40,067 nt of DNA from Candidatus Fervidifonticultor quintus (GCA_031459535.1 JAVKIJ010000020.1:1-40067), one strand, 5' to 3'. Counted from the stretch's first letter, positions 18,042 through 28,222 are shown. Translations and numbers: made by a program. Notes: a model not told the origin generated them from the sequence alone.

Positions 18042-20038
18042 CGCACCGACGCGGGCGCACCGGAAGGCACGAGCGGCCAGGGCTGACCCCAGACGACCTG
18101 GCCCGATTCCGATGGGTGGAGGCTGTCGCCCTCAGCCCGGACGGCCGGCGCCTCGCCTATACCGTGCGTCGTCCCCGTCCAACCCTCGACGGTTACACCG
18201 CCGCACTCCTGGTCTGGGATTTGGAGACCGGGGAGCGGATCCCTGTCGCTACTGGCTCCGGCCTGGCTTCCGGTCCGGCCTGGAGCCGCGACGGCAGCCG
18301 GCTGGCCTACGTCTGGCAGTCCCGTCGGATCGCCGCCATTCGGGTTTGGGCGCCGGACCGCGGTGAAGTGACCGCCGTCCCCCTGTCGGACGCGCCCTGG
18401 GGGCTGGACTGGCATCCGGACGGCCGTCGCCTGGCTTGCGTCCGGTGGGTGCGACAGGAAGAGCTTCCTCAGCCCTCCCGACGCGCCGGTCCCACCGTCC
18501 GCGTCATCAGAGACCTCCGCTACCGACGCGACGGGATCGGGTTCGTCCACGACCGCTACCAGCAGGTAGGGATCGTCGACCTGGCGTCGGGACACTGGAC
18601 GCCGATCACGACCGGGGCGCTCGACCACGACAAGCCTGTCTGGAGCCGCAGGGGCGACCGGCTAGCGATGGTCGTGACCGGTCGTGACCCCACGACCGCG
18701 CTCAGCCAGGGACAGCTCTTCGTCTGGGATGAACGGAACGGCGCCCGGCCCCTCATGCCGGAGTGGCCGGGAGCCTGTCGCAGCCCGCAGTGGAGCGCAG
18801 ACGACCGTCTCCTGGTCTTTGCAGGCCACGACGACCCCGTCCCCGCGAATCGCCGGATCTTCCCGCGAGTCTGGGTGCACGACCTCTGCAGCGGCGCGAC
18901 CCGACGACTGGCGGGGTCCCTCGACCAGCTGGTGGGGAACTTCGCGGCGGTGACCGACCAACGGGTCGGCTACCCCAGCCCGACTGTGCGGGTGGACCCC
19001 GCGGGAAGCGAGGTGTACTTCCTCGTCACCGACCGCGGTGCAGTGCACCTCTACCGCGCCGCCCTAGACGTCCACGGCGATGAGGAACGCCAGGCGGAGC
19101 TCGTGGTCGGCGGCCGCAGCGTCGTCTTCGCCTATGCGCCCGGCGGTGGCGGTCGGGTGGCCTTCTGCCGCGCGGATCCGTCGGACCCTGGGAACGTGTA
19201 CCTGCTGGAGGACGGTCGGACACGGCGGCTGACCGACCTCAACCCCTGGCTGCGCCGTCGCTGGTTGTCGCAGCCGGAGGAGTACTGGTACGCGGACACC
19301 CGCGGAGAGCCGGTGCACGCCTGGATCCTCCGCCCGGCCGGCTTCACCGAGCGCCAACGGTACCCGACCATCCTCTACGTGCACTGCTCGATGTTCAGCT
19401 GGGACTTCAACCACGAGTTCCAGTGTCTGGCCGCATCCGGCTTTGTCGTCGCCTGCTTCAACCAGTGGGGAACTACGGCGGGGTACGGCCAGCGCTGGGC
19501 GCTGGGGAGCCAGGGGGACCAGGGCGGCCGCGACTACGCCGACATCATGGCTGGCGTGGACGATCTCGTCCGCCGACCGTTCGTGGACGCGGAGCGGCTG
19601 GGCGTCACAGGATGGAGTTGCGGCGGTTTCCTGACCGCCTGGATTGTCGGCCACACCGACCGGTTCAAAGCGGCCGTCACCCAGGTGGCCATCGTGAACT
19701 GGGTGACCCAATGGGCGGGATCCGACGGTGGGCCGGAAGGGACGCTGCGGGAAACGGGTGCCTTGCCCTGGGAGGACCTCGACGCCGTCTGGCGCCAATC
19801 CCCCCTGGCCGCCGTCGCCCGAATGCGCACGCCGCTGCTCATCCTGCACGCGGAGGAGGACTACCGGGTGCCCGTCGACCAGGCGGAGCAGCTCTTCGCC
19901 GCGCTGCGGTGGCTGCGACGGGAGGTCGAGTTCGTGCGCTTCGTCGGGGAAGACCACCTCTACCACCAGCGGGGACGGCCGGCGAACCGGATCGACCGGG
20001 TACGGCGGATCCTGGACTGGTTTCAGCGGCACCTCTGA
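18029..20038 (+). CDS. S9 family serine peptidase (tandem paralog)
   Basis: GWSCGG, HAEEDYRV and GEDH motifs; colinear with the upstream paralog. Start is GTG 18029 or TTG 18038. Confidence 0.88.
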   Translation: MVKLTHRRGRTGRHERPGLTPDDLARFRWVEAVALSPDGRRLAYTVRRPRPTLDGYTAALLVWDLETGERIPVATGSGLASGPAWSRDGSRLAYVWQSRRIAAIRVWAPDRGEVTAVPLSDAPWGLDWHPDGRRLACVRWVRQEELPQPSRRAGPTVRVIRDLRYRRDGIGFVHDRYQQVGIVDLASGHWTPITTGALDHDKPVWSRRGDRLAMVVTGRDPTTALSQGQLFVWDERNGARPLMPEWPGACRSPQWSADDRLLVFAGHDDPVPANRRIFPRVWVHDLCSGATRRLAGSLDQLVGNFAAVTDQRVGYPSPTVRVDPAGSEVYFLVTDRGAVHLYRAALDVHGDEERQAELVVGGRSVVFAYAPGGGGRVAFCRADPSDPGNVYLLEDGRTRRLTDLNPWLRRRWLSQPEEYWYADTRGEPVHAWILRPAGFTERQRYPTILYVHCSMFSWDFNHEFQCLAASGFVVACFNQWGTTAGYGQRWALGSQGDQGGRDYADIMAGVDDLVRRPFVDAERLGVTGWSCGGFLTAWIVGHTDRFKAAVTQVAIVNWVTQWAGSDGGPEGTLRETGALPWEDLDAVWRQSPLAAVARMRTPLLILHAEEDYRVPVDQAEQLFAALRWLRREVEFVRFVGEDHLYHQRGRPANRIDRVRRILDWFQRHL

Positions 20039-20050
20039 GGAGGGGACGGC

Positions 20051-21133
20051 GTGCGGATCGCGCGGGTGCGGGTGTCGATCGTCCGGATACGGCGACGCGT
20101 GGAACTGGTCACCGCGTACGGTACCATGCCAGAGAGCACCATCGTCCTGGTGGAAGTGGAGACCGATGACGGGCTCACGGGGCTTGGACAGAGCACGGCC
20201 TCGGCGCCCTGGTACGGGGAGAGCGCGGAGGCGATGCGGGCCCACCTCACGCACTACCTCGTGCCGGCGGTTCTGGGCGAGGACCCGACGAATATCGAAG
20301 GGCTGGTCCGTCGGATGGATCGGGCCCTCCCGGGGGCCCTCTACGCCAAGTCGGCGCTCGAGGTGGCGCTCTGGGACCTGAAGGGCCAGGCCACCGGGCT
20401 CCCCGTCTACCAGCTCCTGGGCGGGCGGGTCCAGGAGGGGATCCGGCTGCACGGGTTCGTCCACCACGGGACGCCCGAGGCGATGGCGGAGCGCGCCCGG
20501 CAGGAAGTCGCGCGTGGCTGGACTATGATAAAGATGAAGATCGGGATGGAGCCCACCGAGGACCTGGTCCGGTACCGCGCCGTGCGGGAGGCGGTGGGCG
20601 ATCGGGCGCGCTTCCAGGTGGACGGCAACACGGGGTACACGCTGACCGAGGCGGTGGTCACGCTCAGGGCCATGGAACGGCTAGGCGGCGTGGCCATCTT
20701 CGAGCAGCCCGTCCGGACGACGGACGCGATGGCCCACTTGGCGATGACGCTGGAGACGCCCCTCATGGCCGACGAGTCCCTCGAGACTCCCCACGACGCC
20801 CTGACGATCGCCCGGACGGGAGCGGCGCGTGTCCTGCACCTGAAACTGCACAAGTTCGGGGGCCTCTTGAAGGCGAAGCGCATTGCCGCCATCGCGGAGG
20901 CGGCCGAGATGCAGGTCTCGGTCGCCCCCTACACCGACGTGGAGCTTGCCGCGGCGGCGCACTTCGCTGCCTCCACCCCCAATGCCCTGTGGCCGACCGG
21001 GTTCACCCCGATGGAGGACAGCATCCTGGCCACCCCCCTCGAGCCCGTCGGCCAGCGGGTGAGGCCGGGCGACGCGCCCGGCCTGGGTGTCACGCTCGAC
21101 CGCGACCGTCTCGAGGCCCTTGTCGTGGCATGA
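20051..21133 (+). CDS. mandelate racemase/muconate lactonizing enzyme family (MLE-subgroup-like) protein
   Basis: ALWDLKG, KMK, VDGN, FEQP, ADES, LKLHKFGG and PGLG motifs; GTG start with GAGGAGG RBS. Confidence 0.9.
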   Translation: MRIARVRVSIVRIRRRVELVTAYGTMPESTIVLVEVETDDGLTGLGQSTASAPWYGESAEAMRAHLTHYLVPAVLGEDPTNIEGLVRRMDRALPGALYAKSALEVALWDLKGQATGLPVYQLLGGRVQEGIRLHGFVHHGTPEAMAERARQEVARGWTMIKMKIGMEPTEDLVRYRAVREAVGDRARFQVDGNTGYTLTEAVVTLRAMERLGGVAIFEQPVRTTDAMAHLAMTLETPLMADESLETPHDALTIARTGAARVLHLKLHKFGGLLKAKRIAAIAEAAEMQVSVAPYTDVELAAAAHFAASTPNALWPTGFTPMEDSILATPLEPVGQRVRPGDAPGLGVTLDRDRLEALVVA

Positions 21134-21161
21134 TCCCACCTCTCAAAGGAGCGATGATCCC

Positions 21162-21836
21162 ATGAAGCCTGTGGGCAGCACGGCCAAGACCGCCACCGCC
21201 CTTCCCGAGGAGGACCTCCCGCTCTTCGAGCGGGCCTTCCTGGAACTCCGCGAGCGCATCCTGACGGGCGAGATCAAGCCGGGCACGGTGCTCTCCGAAG
21301 CGCGACTGGCGGAAGAGCTCGGGATGAGTCGTACGCCCGTGCGGGAGGCGCTGGCCCGTCTCGCCAGCGATGGGTTCGCGCAGCGCTTCCCGGGCCGAGG
21401 CGTCATCGTCCGCGAGCTCAGCCTCAAGGAGATCCTGGACGTCTTCGAGGTACAGGCGTGCCTGGAGGAGTACGCCATCACCCGCGTGCTCGGGACAGGC
21501 CGCACCTTCAACACCGCGTGGTTGGAGGAGCTGATCCGCGCGCAGGAGGCCGCGGCAGAGAGCGGTGACACCCACGCCTTCCTCAAGCACGATCGCCGCA
21601 TGCACCTGTATGTGGTCGGCCACCTGGAGAACGAGCGGCTCACCGAGATCATGAAGAACGCCTCGGACCTACTGATCTACGCTGGCCACCGGGCCCTCCG
21701 CTCCACCGCCAACATCCGCGAGACCATCACCGAGCACCGGGTGCTCGTGCGAGCCCTGGGCTCCGGCGATCCCGAAGCCGCCCTCGCCGCCAGTCGAGCC
21801 CACGTCGAAGGCGCCAAGCGGCGGCTTCTGGGATGA
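21162..21836 (+). CDS. GntR family (FadR subfamily, FCD domain) transcriptional regulator
   Basis: wHTH LSEARLAEELGMSRTPVREAL; FCD-type DRRMH and EHRVL motifs; AAGGAG RBS. Confidence 0.93.
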   Translation: MKPVGSTAKTATALPEEDLPLFERAFLELRERILTGEIKPGTVLSEARLAEELGMSRTPVREALARLASDGFAQRFPGRGVIVRELSLKEILDVFEVQACLEEYAITRVLGTGRTFNTAWLEELIRAQEAAAESGDTHAFLKHDRRMHLYVVGHLENERLTEIMKNASDLLIYAGHRALRSTANIRETITEHRVLVRALGSGDPEAALAASRAHVEGAKRRLLG

Positions 21837-22789
21837 GCGGAGTCAGGGCGGGAGACGGCCGCGCCGGCGCCCACCGCCCGCCGTTGGCAGGCGTCTACCC
21901 GATCGTGCCCACCCCCTTCGACCCGTCCGGAGAGGTCGACGAGGCCAGTATCGCTACGCTGACCGCCTTCATGGTGCGCAGGCAGGTCGACGGCCTGGCT
22001 GTCCTGGGGGTCATGGGGGAGGCCCAGAAGCTGACTGACGAGGAGCGCGACCGGGTCATCGCGGCCTTCCGCCGCGCCCTGCCGGCGGATCGGATGCTGG
22101 TCGTCGGGACGGGCGGGGCGGCCACCGACCCCGCGGTCGCCGCGGCCCGCCGAGCGGTGGACCTAGGCGCCGACGCCCTGCTCGTCGGGCCGCCACCTAT
22201 CCAGAACGACGACGTCCTGTTCGGATACTACGAGCGCGTCGTCCGGTCGGTGGAGGTCCCGATCATCATCCACGACTACCCTCCAGCCACGGGGGTGCTG
22301 CTCTCGGCCGCGCTGGTGGCCCGACTGCACCGCGACCTTCCGCGTGTCGACTACATCAAGCTCGAGGAGGCCCCCACAGGCCCGAAGATGGAGCGCCTCC
22401 GGGCCCTGGCCGGCGAGCGCCTGAAAGTGTTCGGCGCCCTGGGCGGTCTGTACGCGCTGGAGGAACTTGAGCGGGGCGCCGTAGGCCTCATGACGGGCTT
22501 TGGCTACCCCGAGCTGCTGGTGCGCCTGGTCCGACTCTACCGGGAGGGGCGCATCGGGGAGGCCGCCGACCTCTTCTATGCCATGCTGCCCCTCATCCGG
22601 TTCGAGTTCCAACCCGGCCTGGGAGTCGGACTTCGGAAGGTCATCCTGGTCCGCCGGGGAGCTATTCACGCTGCCACCGTCCGGCACCCGGGAGTCCTGC
22701 CCGACGCCGTGACGCTGCGGCAGCTGGAGCGGATCGAGGAGTACCTCCGGCGCCGCGGAGTGCTGGAGGCGGAGGAGCCGGGGGCGTGA
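21833..22789 (+). CDS. dihydrodipicolinate synthase/N-acetylneuraminate lyase superfamily protein (non-canonical DapA-like)
   Basis: PTPF, LGVMGE, GADA, IHDYP and IKLE (Schiff-base Lys) motifs; lacks the GTTGE/YNxP signature of true DapA. Confidence 0.85.
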   Translation: MSGVRAGDGRAGAHRPPLAGVYPIVPTPFDPSGEVDEASIATLTAFMVRRQVDGLAVLGVMGEAQKLTDEERDRVIAAFRRALPADRMLVVGTGGAATDPAVAAARRAVDLGADALLVGPPPIQNDDVLFGYYERVVRSVEVPIIIHDYPPATGVLLSAALVARLHRDLPRVDYIKLEEAPTGPKMERLRALAGERLKVFGALGGLYALEELERGAVGLMTGFGYPELLVRLVRLYREGRIGEAADLFYAMLPLIRFEFQPGLGVGLRKVILVRRGAIHAATVRHPGVLPDAVTLRQLERIEEYLRRRGVLEAEEPGA

Positions 22790-24165
22790 GGATCGACCTA
22801 GTGATCCGCGGTGCGACCGTCGTGACCGCGGACGGCGAGCGGCGGGCGGCCGTCGCCGTGGCAGGCGGGAAGATCCTGGCGATCGACCGCGACGGAGCGA
22901 TGCCCGAGGCCACCGAGACCCTCGACGCCACGGGGCTCCACCTCCTGCCCGGCGTGATCGACACCCACGTCCACCTCCGCGATCCGGGCAAAGTGGAGCG
23001 AGAGGACTGGGAGAGCGGGACGCGCGCAGCGGCCGCCGGAGGCATCACCACCATCCTGGAGATGCCCATCTCCCTGCCGCCCGTGCACACGGCGGCCATC
23101 CTGGAGGCGCGCGTGGCCCACGTCCAGCCCCGCTCCTTCGTCGACTTCGGCCTCTATGGCGGTGCCAGTACCGACAATCTGGAGGAGATCCCGCGGATGG
23201 CCGCCGTCGGCGCGGTCGCCTTCAAGACGTTCCGGACCCCGCCGATCCGGGGACGCGAGGAGGAGTTCGTGGGCATCTGCTGCCCGCACGCGGGCGACAT
23301 GCTGGAGGTGATGAAGCGCACTGCCGCGACAGGACTCCTGCACGTCGTGCACGCCGAGGAGCAGCAGATCCTCGAGCGCACGGTCGCCCGGGTGCAGCGC
23401 GAAGGTCGACGGGACGGCCGGGCGCACGCGCTCGCACGACCCGAGGTGGCGGAGGCGGCGTCTGTCGCCCAGTGCATCGCCCTGGCGGCTGAGACGGGCA
23501 CCCGCCTCCAGATTGCGCACCTGAGCGCCGCCTCGAGCGTCGCACTGGTGGCCCGCGCCAAGGACGCCGGACAGACCGTGACCGCGGAGACTTGCCCCCA
23601 CTACCTGTTCTTTACGGAGGAGGACCTGGCGCGCCTGGGCCCCTATGCGAAGTGCAACCCGCCGCTACGCTCCGAGGCCACACAGGAGGCGCTGTGGGAG
23701 GCGGTCCGTCGCGGGGTAATCGACGTCATCGGTACCGACCATTCCCCCTTCACACTTCAAGAGAAGGCGGAGGGGGAGACCGACATCTGGGCGGCTCCGC
23801 CGGGATTCCCCGGCCTGGAGGAGTTTCTCCCGCTCATGCTCACCGCCGTCCACCAAGGTCGCTTGACACTGCCTGACGTGGTCCGGGTGACCAGCGAACG
23901 AGCCGCCCGCCTGTACGGGCTCTGGCCGCGCAAGGGCAGCCTGCGCCCGGGCGCAGACGCGGATCTGGTGCTCGTGGACCTTCAGGCCGAGACCGTGCAT
24001 GATCACCGCACCCTCCAAACAAAGGCGCGGGAGACAGCCCGTCTGTACGATGGCCTCCACCTGCGGGGACGGGTCGTGGCCACCTTCGTGCGGGGCCGCT
24101 TGGTGATCCGGGACGGCGAGGTGGTCGGGCAGCCGGGGTGGGGAGCGTGGGTCCGTCCGGGGTGA
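22786..24165 (+). CDS. cyclic amidohydrolase (allantoinase/dihydroorotase/hydantoinase-like)
   Basis: PGVIDTHVH, AAAGGITT, AFKTF, HAE, HLS, ETCPHYL, KCNPPLR and GTDHSP motifs. Confidence 0.9.
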   Translation: MRIDLVIRGATVVTADGERRAAVAVAGGKILAIDRDGAMPEATETLDATGLHLLPGVIDTHVHLRDPGKVEREDWESGTRAAAAGGITTILEMPISLPPVHTAAILEARVAHVQPRSFVDFGLYGGASTDNLEEIPRMAAVGAVAFKTFRTPPIRGREEEFVGICCPHAGDMLEVMKRTAATGLLHVVHAEEQQILERTVARVQREGRRDGRAHALARPEVAEAASVAQCIALAAETGTRLQIAHLSAASSVALVARAKDAGQTVTAETCPHYLFFTEEDLARLGPYAKCNPPLRSEATQEALWEAVRRGVIDVIGTDHSPFTLQEKAEGETDIWAAPPGFPGLEEFLPLMLTAVHQGRLTLPDVVRVTSERAARLYGLWPRKGSLRPGADADLVLVDLQAETVHDHRTLQTKARETARLYDGLHLRGRVVATFVRGRLVIRDGEVVGQPGWGAWVRPG

Positions 24166-25391
24166 CCGCGGAGGCCCTGGTGCGGCCGGATCGCCTCTCC
24201 GCCAGGCTACAGGCCCTGGCGATGGCCGGGCGGGAGTCGGGGGGTGGGATCAGCCGCTTCGCCTTCACTCCGGCCCACACCGAGGCGTGCCTCCTAGTAG
24301 CGGGGTGGATGGAGGAAGCCGGTCTGACCGTCTGGATCGACGCCGCCGGGAACCTGATCGGGGCCACGGAGGGAGAAGACGGGCCGGTGCTCGCCGCCGG
24401 ATCTCACCTCGACACGGTCCCCCAGGGAGGCCTCTACGACGGGGCGCTCGGCGTCGTGGCGGCCGTGGAGTGCGCCCAGGCCTTGCGCGACGCCGGTGTG
24501 CGCCTGCGCCACCCGTTCGCGGCGCTGGGCTTCGCCGACGAGGAAGGCTACACGTTCGGCATCGGCTGCCTGACCTCTCGCCACCTCGTGGGCGAGCTGC
24601 CCCCCGCGCGGATGGCAGAGATCCACGACCGCGACGGTCGCACCCTGCTGCAGCGCGTCGACGCCTGGAGGTGTCCCCTCCCCCGCCGTCCGGCGCCACG
24701 CCTGGCCGCCTTCCTGGAGCTGCACGTCGAGCAGGGGCCGGTGATGGAGCGCGGGGGCCTGGAGGTTGCCGCCGTGACCCTCATCGTCGGGATCTCCCGG
24801 ACGACGGTCACCTTCGTAGGGGAGGCCAACCACGCGGGCACAACGCCCATGGATGCCCGTCACGACGCGCTGGCGGCAGGCGCGCGTCTGGTCCTCGCCG
24901 TCCGCGAGCTGGCGGTGACCGCGGGCGACGCTGTGGGCACGGTCGGGCAGCTCGAAGTGCGACCCGGAGCCACCAACGTCGTCCCGGGCGTCGCCCAGCT
25001 CCGGGTGGAGCTGCGCAGCGGGAGCGAGGAGCAGCTGCGTCGCCTCCGCGCGGCGGTGGAGGAGGCGGCGCAGCGGTCGGCAGCGGCGGAGGGCGTCCGG
25101 GTGAGTGTCGCCCCGTGGCACCAGGTGCCCCCGGTGCGTCTCGACGAGCGCGTCGTCGCGCTCATCCTGGAGGAAGCCGGTCGGCGCGGACTGCGGGCCG
25201 CCCGCCTCCACAGCTGGGCGGGACACGACGCCAAGGTGCTGGCACCCCGCCTTCCGGTCGGGCTCCTCTTCGTGCCCAGTCGCGGCGGGGTCAGTCACAG
25301 CCCGGAGGAGTTCACGGCACCGGGGCAGGTCGCCGGCGGGGCGCAGGTCCTGCTGGACACGCTGCGCCGGCTGGACCGGGTCCTGGATTGA
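24162..25391 (+). CDS. M20 Zn hydrolase, N-carbamoyl-amino acid/allantoate amidohydrolase type
   Basis: GSHLDTV..GG.YDGALGV, DEEG, ELHVEQGP, NHAGTTPM, AGHDA and SHSPEE motifs; GTGA overlap. Confidence 0.92.
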   Translation: MTAEALVRPDRLSARLQALAMAGRESGGGISRFAFTPAHTEACLLVAGWMEEAGLTVWIDAAGNLIGATEGEDGPVLAAGSHLDTVPQGGLYDGALGVVAAVECAQALRDAGVRLRHPFAALGFADEEGYTFGIGCLTSRHLVGELPPARMAEIHDRDGRTLLQRVDAWRCPLPRRPAPRLAAFLELHVEQGPVMERGGLEVAAVTLIVGISRTTVTFVGEANHAGTTPMDARHDALAAGARLVLAVRELAVTAGDAVGTVGQLEVRPGATNVVPGVAQLRVELRSGSEEQLRRLRAAVEEAAQRSAAAEGVRVSVAPWHQVPPVRLDERVVALILEEAGRRGLRAARLHSWAGHDAKVLAPRLPVGLLFVPSRGGVSHSPEEFTAPGQVAGGAQVLLDTLRRLDRVLD

Positions 25392-25421
25392 GACCCCGGC
25401 GATGCCGCAGGGTTCCTGCTG

Positions 25422-26408
25422 TCAATCGGTCGTCCCGCCGTCGCGGAGCCGCACCAGCCTGCGCTTGGCGTGGGAATCGGCGATCGCACGCGCGATGCGC
25501 AGCGCCTCCCGGCCGTCGAGGCCGGTGGGGAGGTCCCCTGGCTCGCCGGCCACCGCGTTCAGAAAGGCGGCGAGCTCCGCGTCGAAGTGCCCTTCCGCGG
25601 GCGCGTCTTCCCACCAGGTGCGCCCCGCCGTGGCAATCTCGAGGCCTCGCCCCGTGATGATGCGGAGCATCCCGTCCGTTCCGTGCACCTCAGTCTCCCA
25701 CCGGAAGGGAAGGGCGATCTGATGGTAGTGGTAGACGAGCGACGCCCGGACACCCCGAGGAAAGTGCAGGAGCGCCGCCACGGAGGACTCGACGTCGCTC
25801 CCCGGCAGGAACGCCCCCAGCGACCCCCAGACCGCCGTCACCTCCTCGCCCAGGAGCCAACGCGCCCGGTCGATGCGGTGGACCTCAGTGTAGAGGAGGA
25901 GGCCGCCGCCGGCCTCGGCCCGCTGGACCCAGGCGGGCCATCGCTCCTGCCCGCCGCCCACACCGTAGTCCGCCAGGAAGACCGGCGTCCCCACCGCTCC
26001 GTCCCGCAGCAACTGGAAAGCGCGCCGGACCTCCTGGCGGTAGCGATGGACGAACCCTACCATGAGCACCACGCCGGCCGTCGATGCGGCCGCGATGACC
26101 GCGTCTGCATCGGTCAGCGAGGTGGCCATGGGCTTCTCGAGCAGGACGTGGCACCCGGCGGCGATGGCCTCCAGGGCGGTGCGGCTGAGCGCCGCGTGCG
26201 GGACGCAGATGCTGACGGTCTCAACCTGCCCGAGCCCTGCGCGGTAGTCCGTGTAATGAGTGGTCCCGAGCTCAGCGGCGAGCGGGGCTCCGTGCTCGAC
26301 TACGGGGTCGGCGATCCAGGCGAGCGTGGCCTGCGGGGAGCGCGCGACGGCGCGGGCGTGCTGCGCCCCAGCCTGCCCAGCCCCAATCACCCCATGGCGG
26401 ATCGTCAT
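25422..26408 (-). CDS. Gfo/Idh/MocA family oxidoreductase
   Basis: GVIGAG, HVLLEKPM, GFVHRY and GGGLL...HRID motifs; strong AGGAGG RBS on the minus strand. Confidence 0.9.
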   Translation of the reverse strand: MTIRHGVIGAGQAGAQHARAVARSPQATLAWIADPVVEHGAPLAAELGTTHYTDYRAGLGQVETVSICVPHAALSRTALEAIAAGCHVLLEKPMATSLTDADAVIAAASTAGVVLMVGFVHRYRQEVRRAFQLLRDGAVGTPVFLADYGVGGGQERWPAWVQRAEAGGGLLLYTEVHRIDRARWLLGEEVTAVWGSLGAFLPGSDVESSVAALLHFPRGVRASLVYHYHQIALPFRWETEVHGTDGMLRIITGRGLEIATAGRTWWEDAPAEGHFDAELAAFLNAVAGEPGDLPTGLDGREALRIARAIADSHAKRRLVRLRDGGTTD

Positions 26409-26482
26409 CCCTTTCCCCTCCTTTCCGGGCCCGCCCCGGGACTTTCCCGGCTCCCCACGCGGCGTCCGCGCCGCCGTCTCCC

Positions 26483-27295
26483 GTGAGACCGTTTGACGGC
26501 GCGCTCAGCGGTCGCGTGGCCCTGGTCACCGGCGCCGGCCGGGGGATCGGCAGGGGCGCCGCACTGGGGGTGGCGGCCCGCGGGGCCGCGGTGGTCGTCG
26601 TGGACATCGTGCCCGAGGAGATGGCGCGCACGGTGAGCTGCATGCGGGCGCAGGGAGCCGACGTCCTCGCGGTGCATGCCGACGTCCGGAAGCGTTCGGA
26701 GCTGGACCGCGCCCTCGAGGAGGCCGCCCGCTGGCGCGGGAGGCCCGACATCCTGGTCAATAACGCCGCGGTCTTGCGCTTGGCCCCCTTCGAGGAGACC
26801 GACCCGGCTCTTTGGGACGAGACGCTGCGGGTCAACCTCGACGCGGCCTACTACCTGACCTGGCGGCTCTACCCGACCATGGTGGCGCGGGGGGACGGGT
26901 GTATCATCACCGTCTCCTCGACGGCGGGGGTCCGGCCCTTCCCGCGCGAGACGGCCTACTGCGCCTCCAAGTACGCGCTCGAGGGGCTGGTTCGCTCGCT
27001 CGCCCTGGAGGCCGCCGGGCGGGGCGTGAGCGTGACGCTGGGCACCCCCGGGCGGCGGACGAAGCCCACCTCGATGACCGAGGCGGAGTTCGCCGCGCTC
27101 TCTCCGAAGGCGCAGGCGGCCTACGCGCCGCCGGAGGCCTTTGCCGAGGCCTTCGGCTACCTCGCGGCCGCCCGCGACGCGCGACTGGTCGGCCGGCGCT
27201 TCGACCTGTGGGCGCTCGCCCAGCTCGTGCGCGACGAGGGATGGAGCGTCTCCCCCGCGCGCGCCCTCGAGCGGGCGGAGTGCGACGGCGCCTGA
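26483..27295 (+). CDS. short-chain dehydrogenase/reductase (SDR)
   Basis: TGAGRGIG, NNAA, VSS and YCASK motifs; GTG start with no Shine-Dalgarno in its present orientation. Confidence 0.88.
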   Translation: MRPFDGALSGRVALVTGAGRGIGRGAALGVAARGAAVVVVDIVPEEMARTVSCMRAQGADVLAVHADVRKRSELDRALEEAARWRGRPDILVNNAAVLRLAPFEETDPALWDETLRVNLDAAYYLTWRLYPTMVARGDGCIITVSSTAGVRPFPRETAYCASKYALEGLVRSLALEAAGRGVSVTLGTPGRRTKPTSMTEAEFAALSPKAQAAYAPPEAFAEAFGYLAAARDARLVGRRFDLWALAQLVRDEGWSVSPARALERAECDGA

Positions 27296-27301
27296 GGCCC
27301 C

Positions 27302-28222
27302 ATGGGCGGGTACATCGCCCGGCGCGTGCTCGGGAGCGTGCCGGTCCTGGTGCTGGTCGTGACCGCGGTCTTCTTCCTCTTCCAGCTGATCCCGGGGGAC
27401 CCCGCCCGCGCCCTCCTGGGACCCGAGGCCACGCCGGACGTCGTCGAACAGGTGCGGCGCGACCTGGGGCTCGACCGGCCGATCCTGACGCAGTACATGA
27501 CCTACCTGGGGCGGCTCGGCCGGGGCGACCTGGGCAAGTCCATCTCCACCCGGCGGCCGGTGGCGGAGGAGCTCGCGGAACCGTTCTGGAACACCCTTAA
27601 GCTGGCCGTCGTCAGCATCGTCCTCGCCACTCTTGTCGGCGTCCTGCTGGGGATCGTGGCCGCGGTGCGTCAGGGGACGGTCTGGGACCATCTGGCGAGC
27701 GTGGTGGCGCTGCTCGGCATTTCCATCCCCGTCTTCTGGCTGGCCCTGCTGATGATGTACCTCTTCAGCGTGCGGCTGCAGCTCCTTCCCAGCGCCGGCG
27801 ACGAGACCTGGCGCCACTACCTCATGCCGACGCTCAGCCTGGCCACCTTCTCCCTCGCCTTCATCGCCCGCATGACGCGGTCCTCGCTGCTCGAAGTGAT
27901 CCGCATGGACTACGTGCGAACCGCCCGGGCCAAGGGCGTGCCGGAGTGGCGGGTGATCCTCCACCATGCTCTCCGGAACGCTCTTCTCCCAGTCGTCATC
28001 GTCGTGGGACTGCGATTCGGCTACATGCTGGGCGGGGCTGTCGTCACCGAGCAGGTCTTCGCCTGGCCCGGGTTGGGCCGGTTGCTGGTCATGGCCGTGA
28101 GCCAGCGCGACATCCCGCTCATCCAGGGAATCCTGCTGCTCTTCGCCACCACCTTCGTCGTCGTCAACCTGGTGGTGGATGTCCTCTATGGCTTCCTCGA
28201 GCCTCAGATCCGCTACCGCTGA
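27302..28222 (+). CDS. Dpp/Opp ABC transporter permease (DppB-like)
   Basis: PGDPA, GDLGKS, SIPVFW, DYVRTARAKG, HALRNAL and VFAWPGLG motifs. Confidence 0.93.
   Translation: MGGYIARRVLGSVPVLVLVVTAVFFLFQLIPGDPARALLGPEATPDVVEQVRRDLGLDRPILTQYMTYLGRLGRGDLGKSISTRRPVAEELAEPFWNTLKLAVVSIVLATLVGVLLGIVAAVRQGTVWDHLASVVALLGISIPVFWLALLMMYLFSVRLQLLPSAGDETWRHYLMPTLSLATFSLAFIARMTRSSLLEVIRMDYVRTARAKGVPEWRVILHHALRNALLPVVIVVGLRFGYMLGGAVVTEQVFAWPGLGRLLVMAVSQRDIPLIQGILLLFATTFVVVNLVVDVLYGFLEPQIRYR

Noticed and set aside
21833-22789. dapA (lysine biosynthesis)
   Set aside because: Lacks GTTGE and YNxP motifs and sits in a catabolic operon; only superfamily membership is supported.
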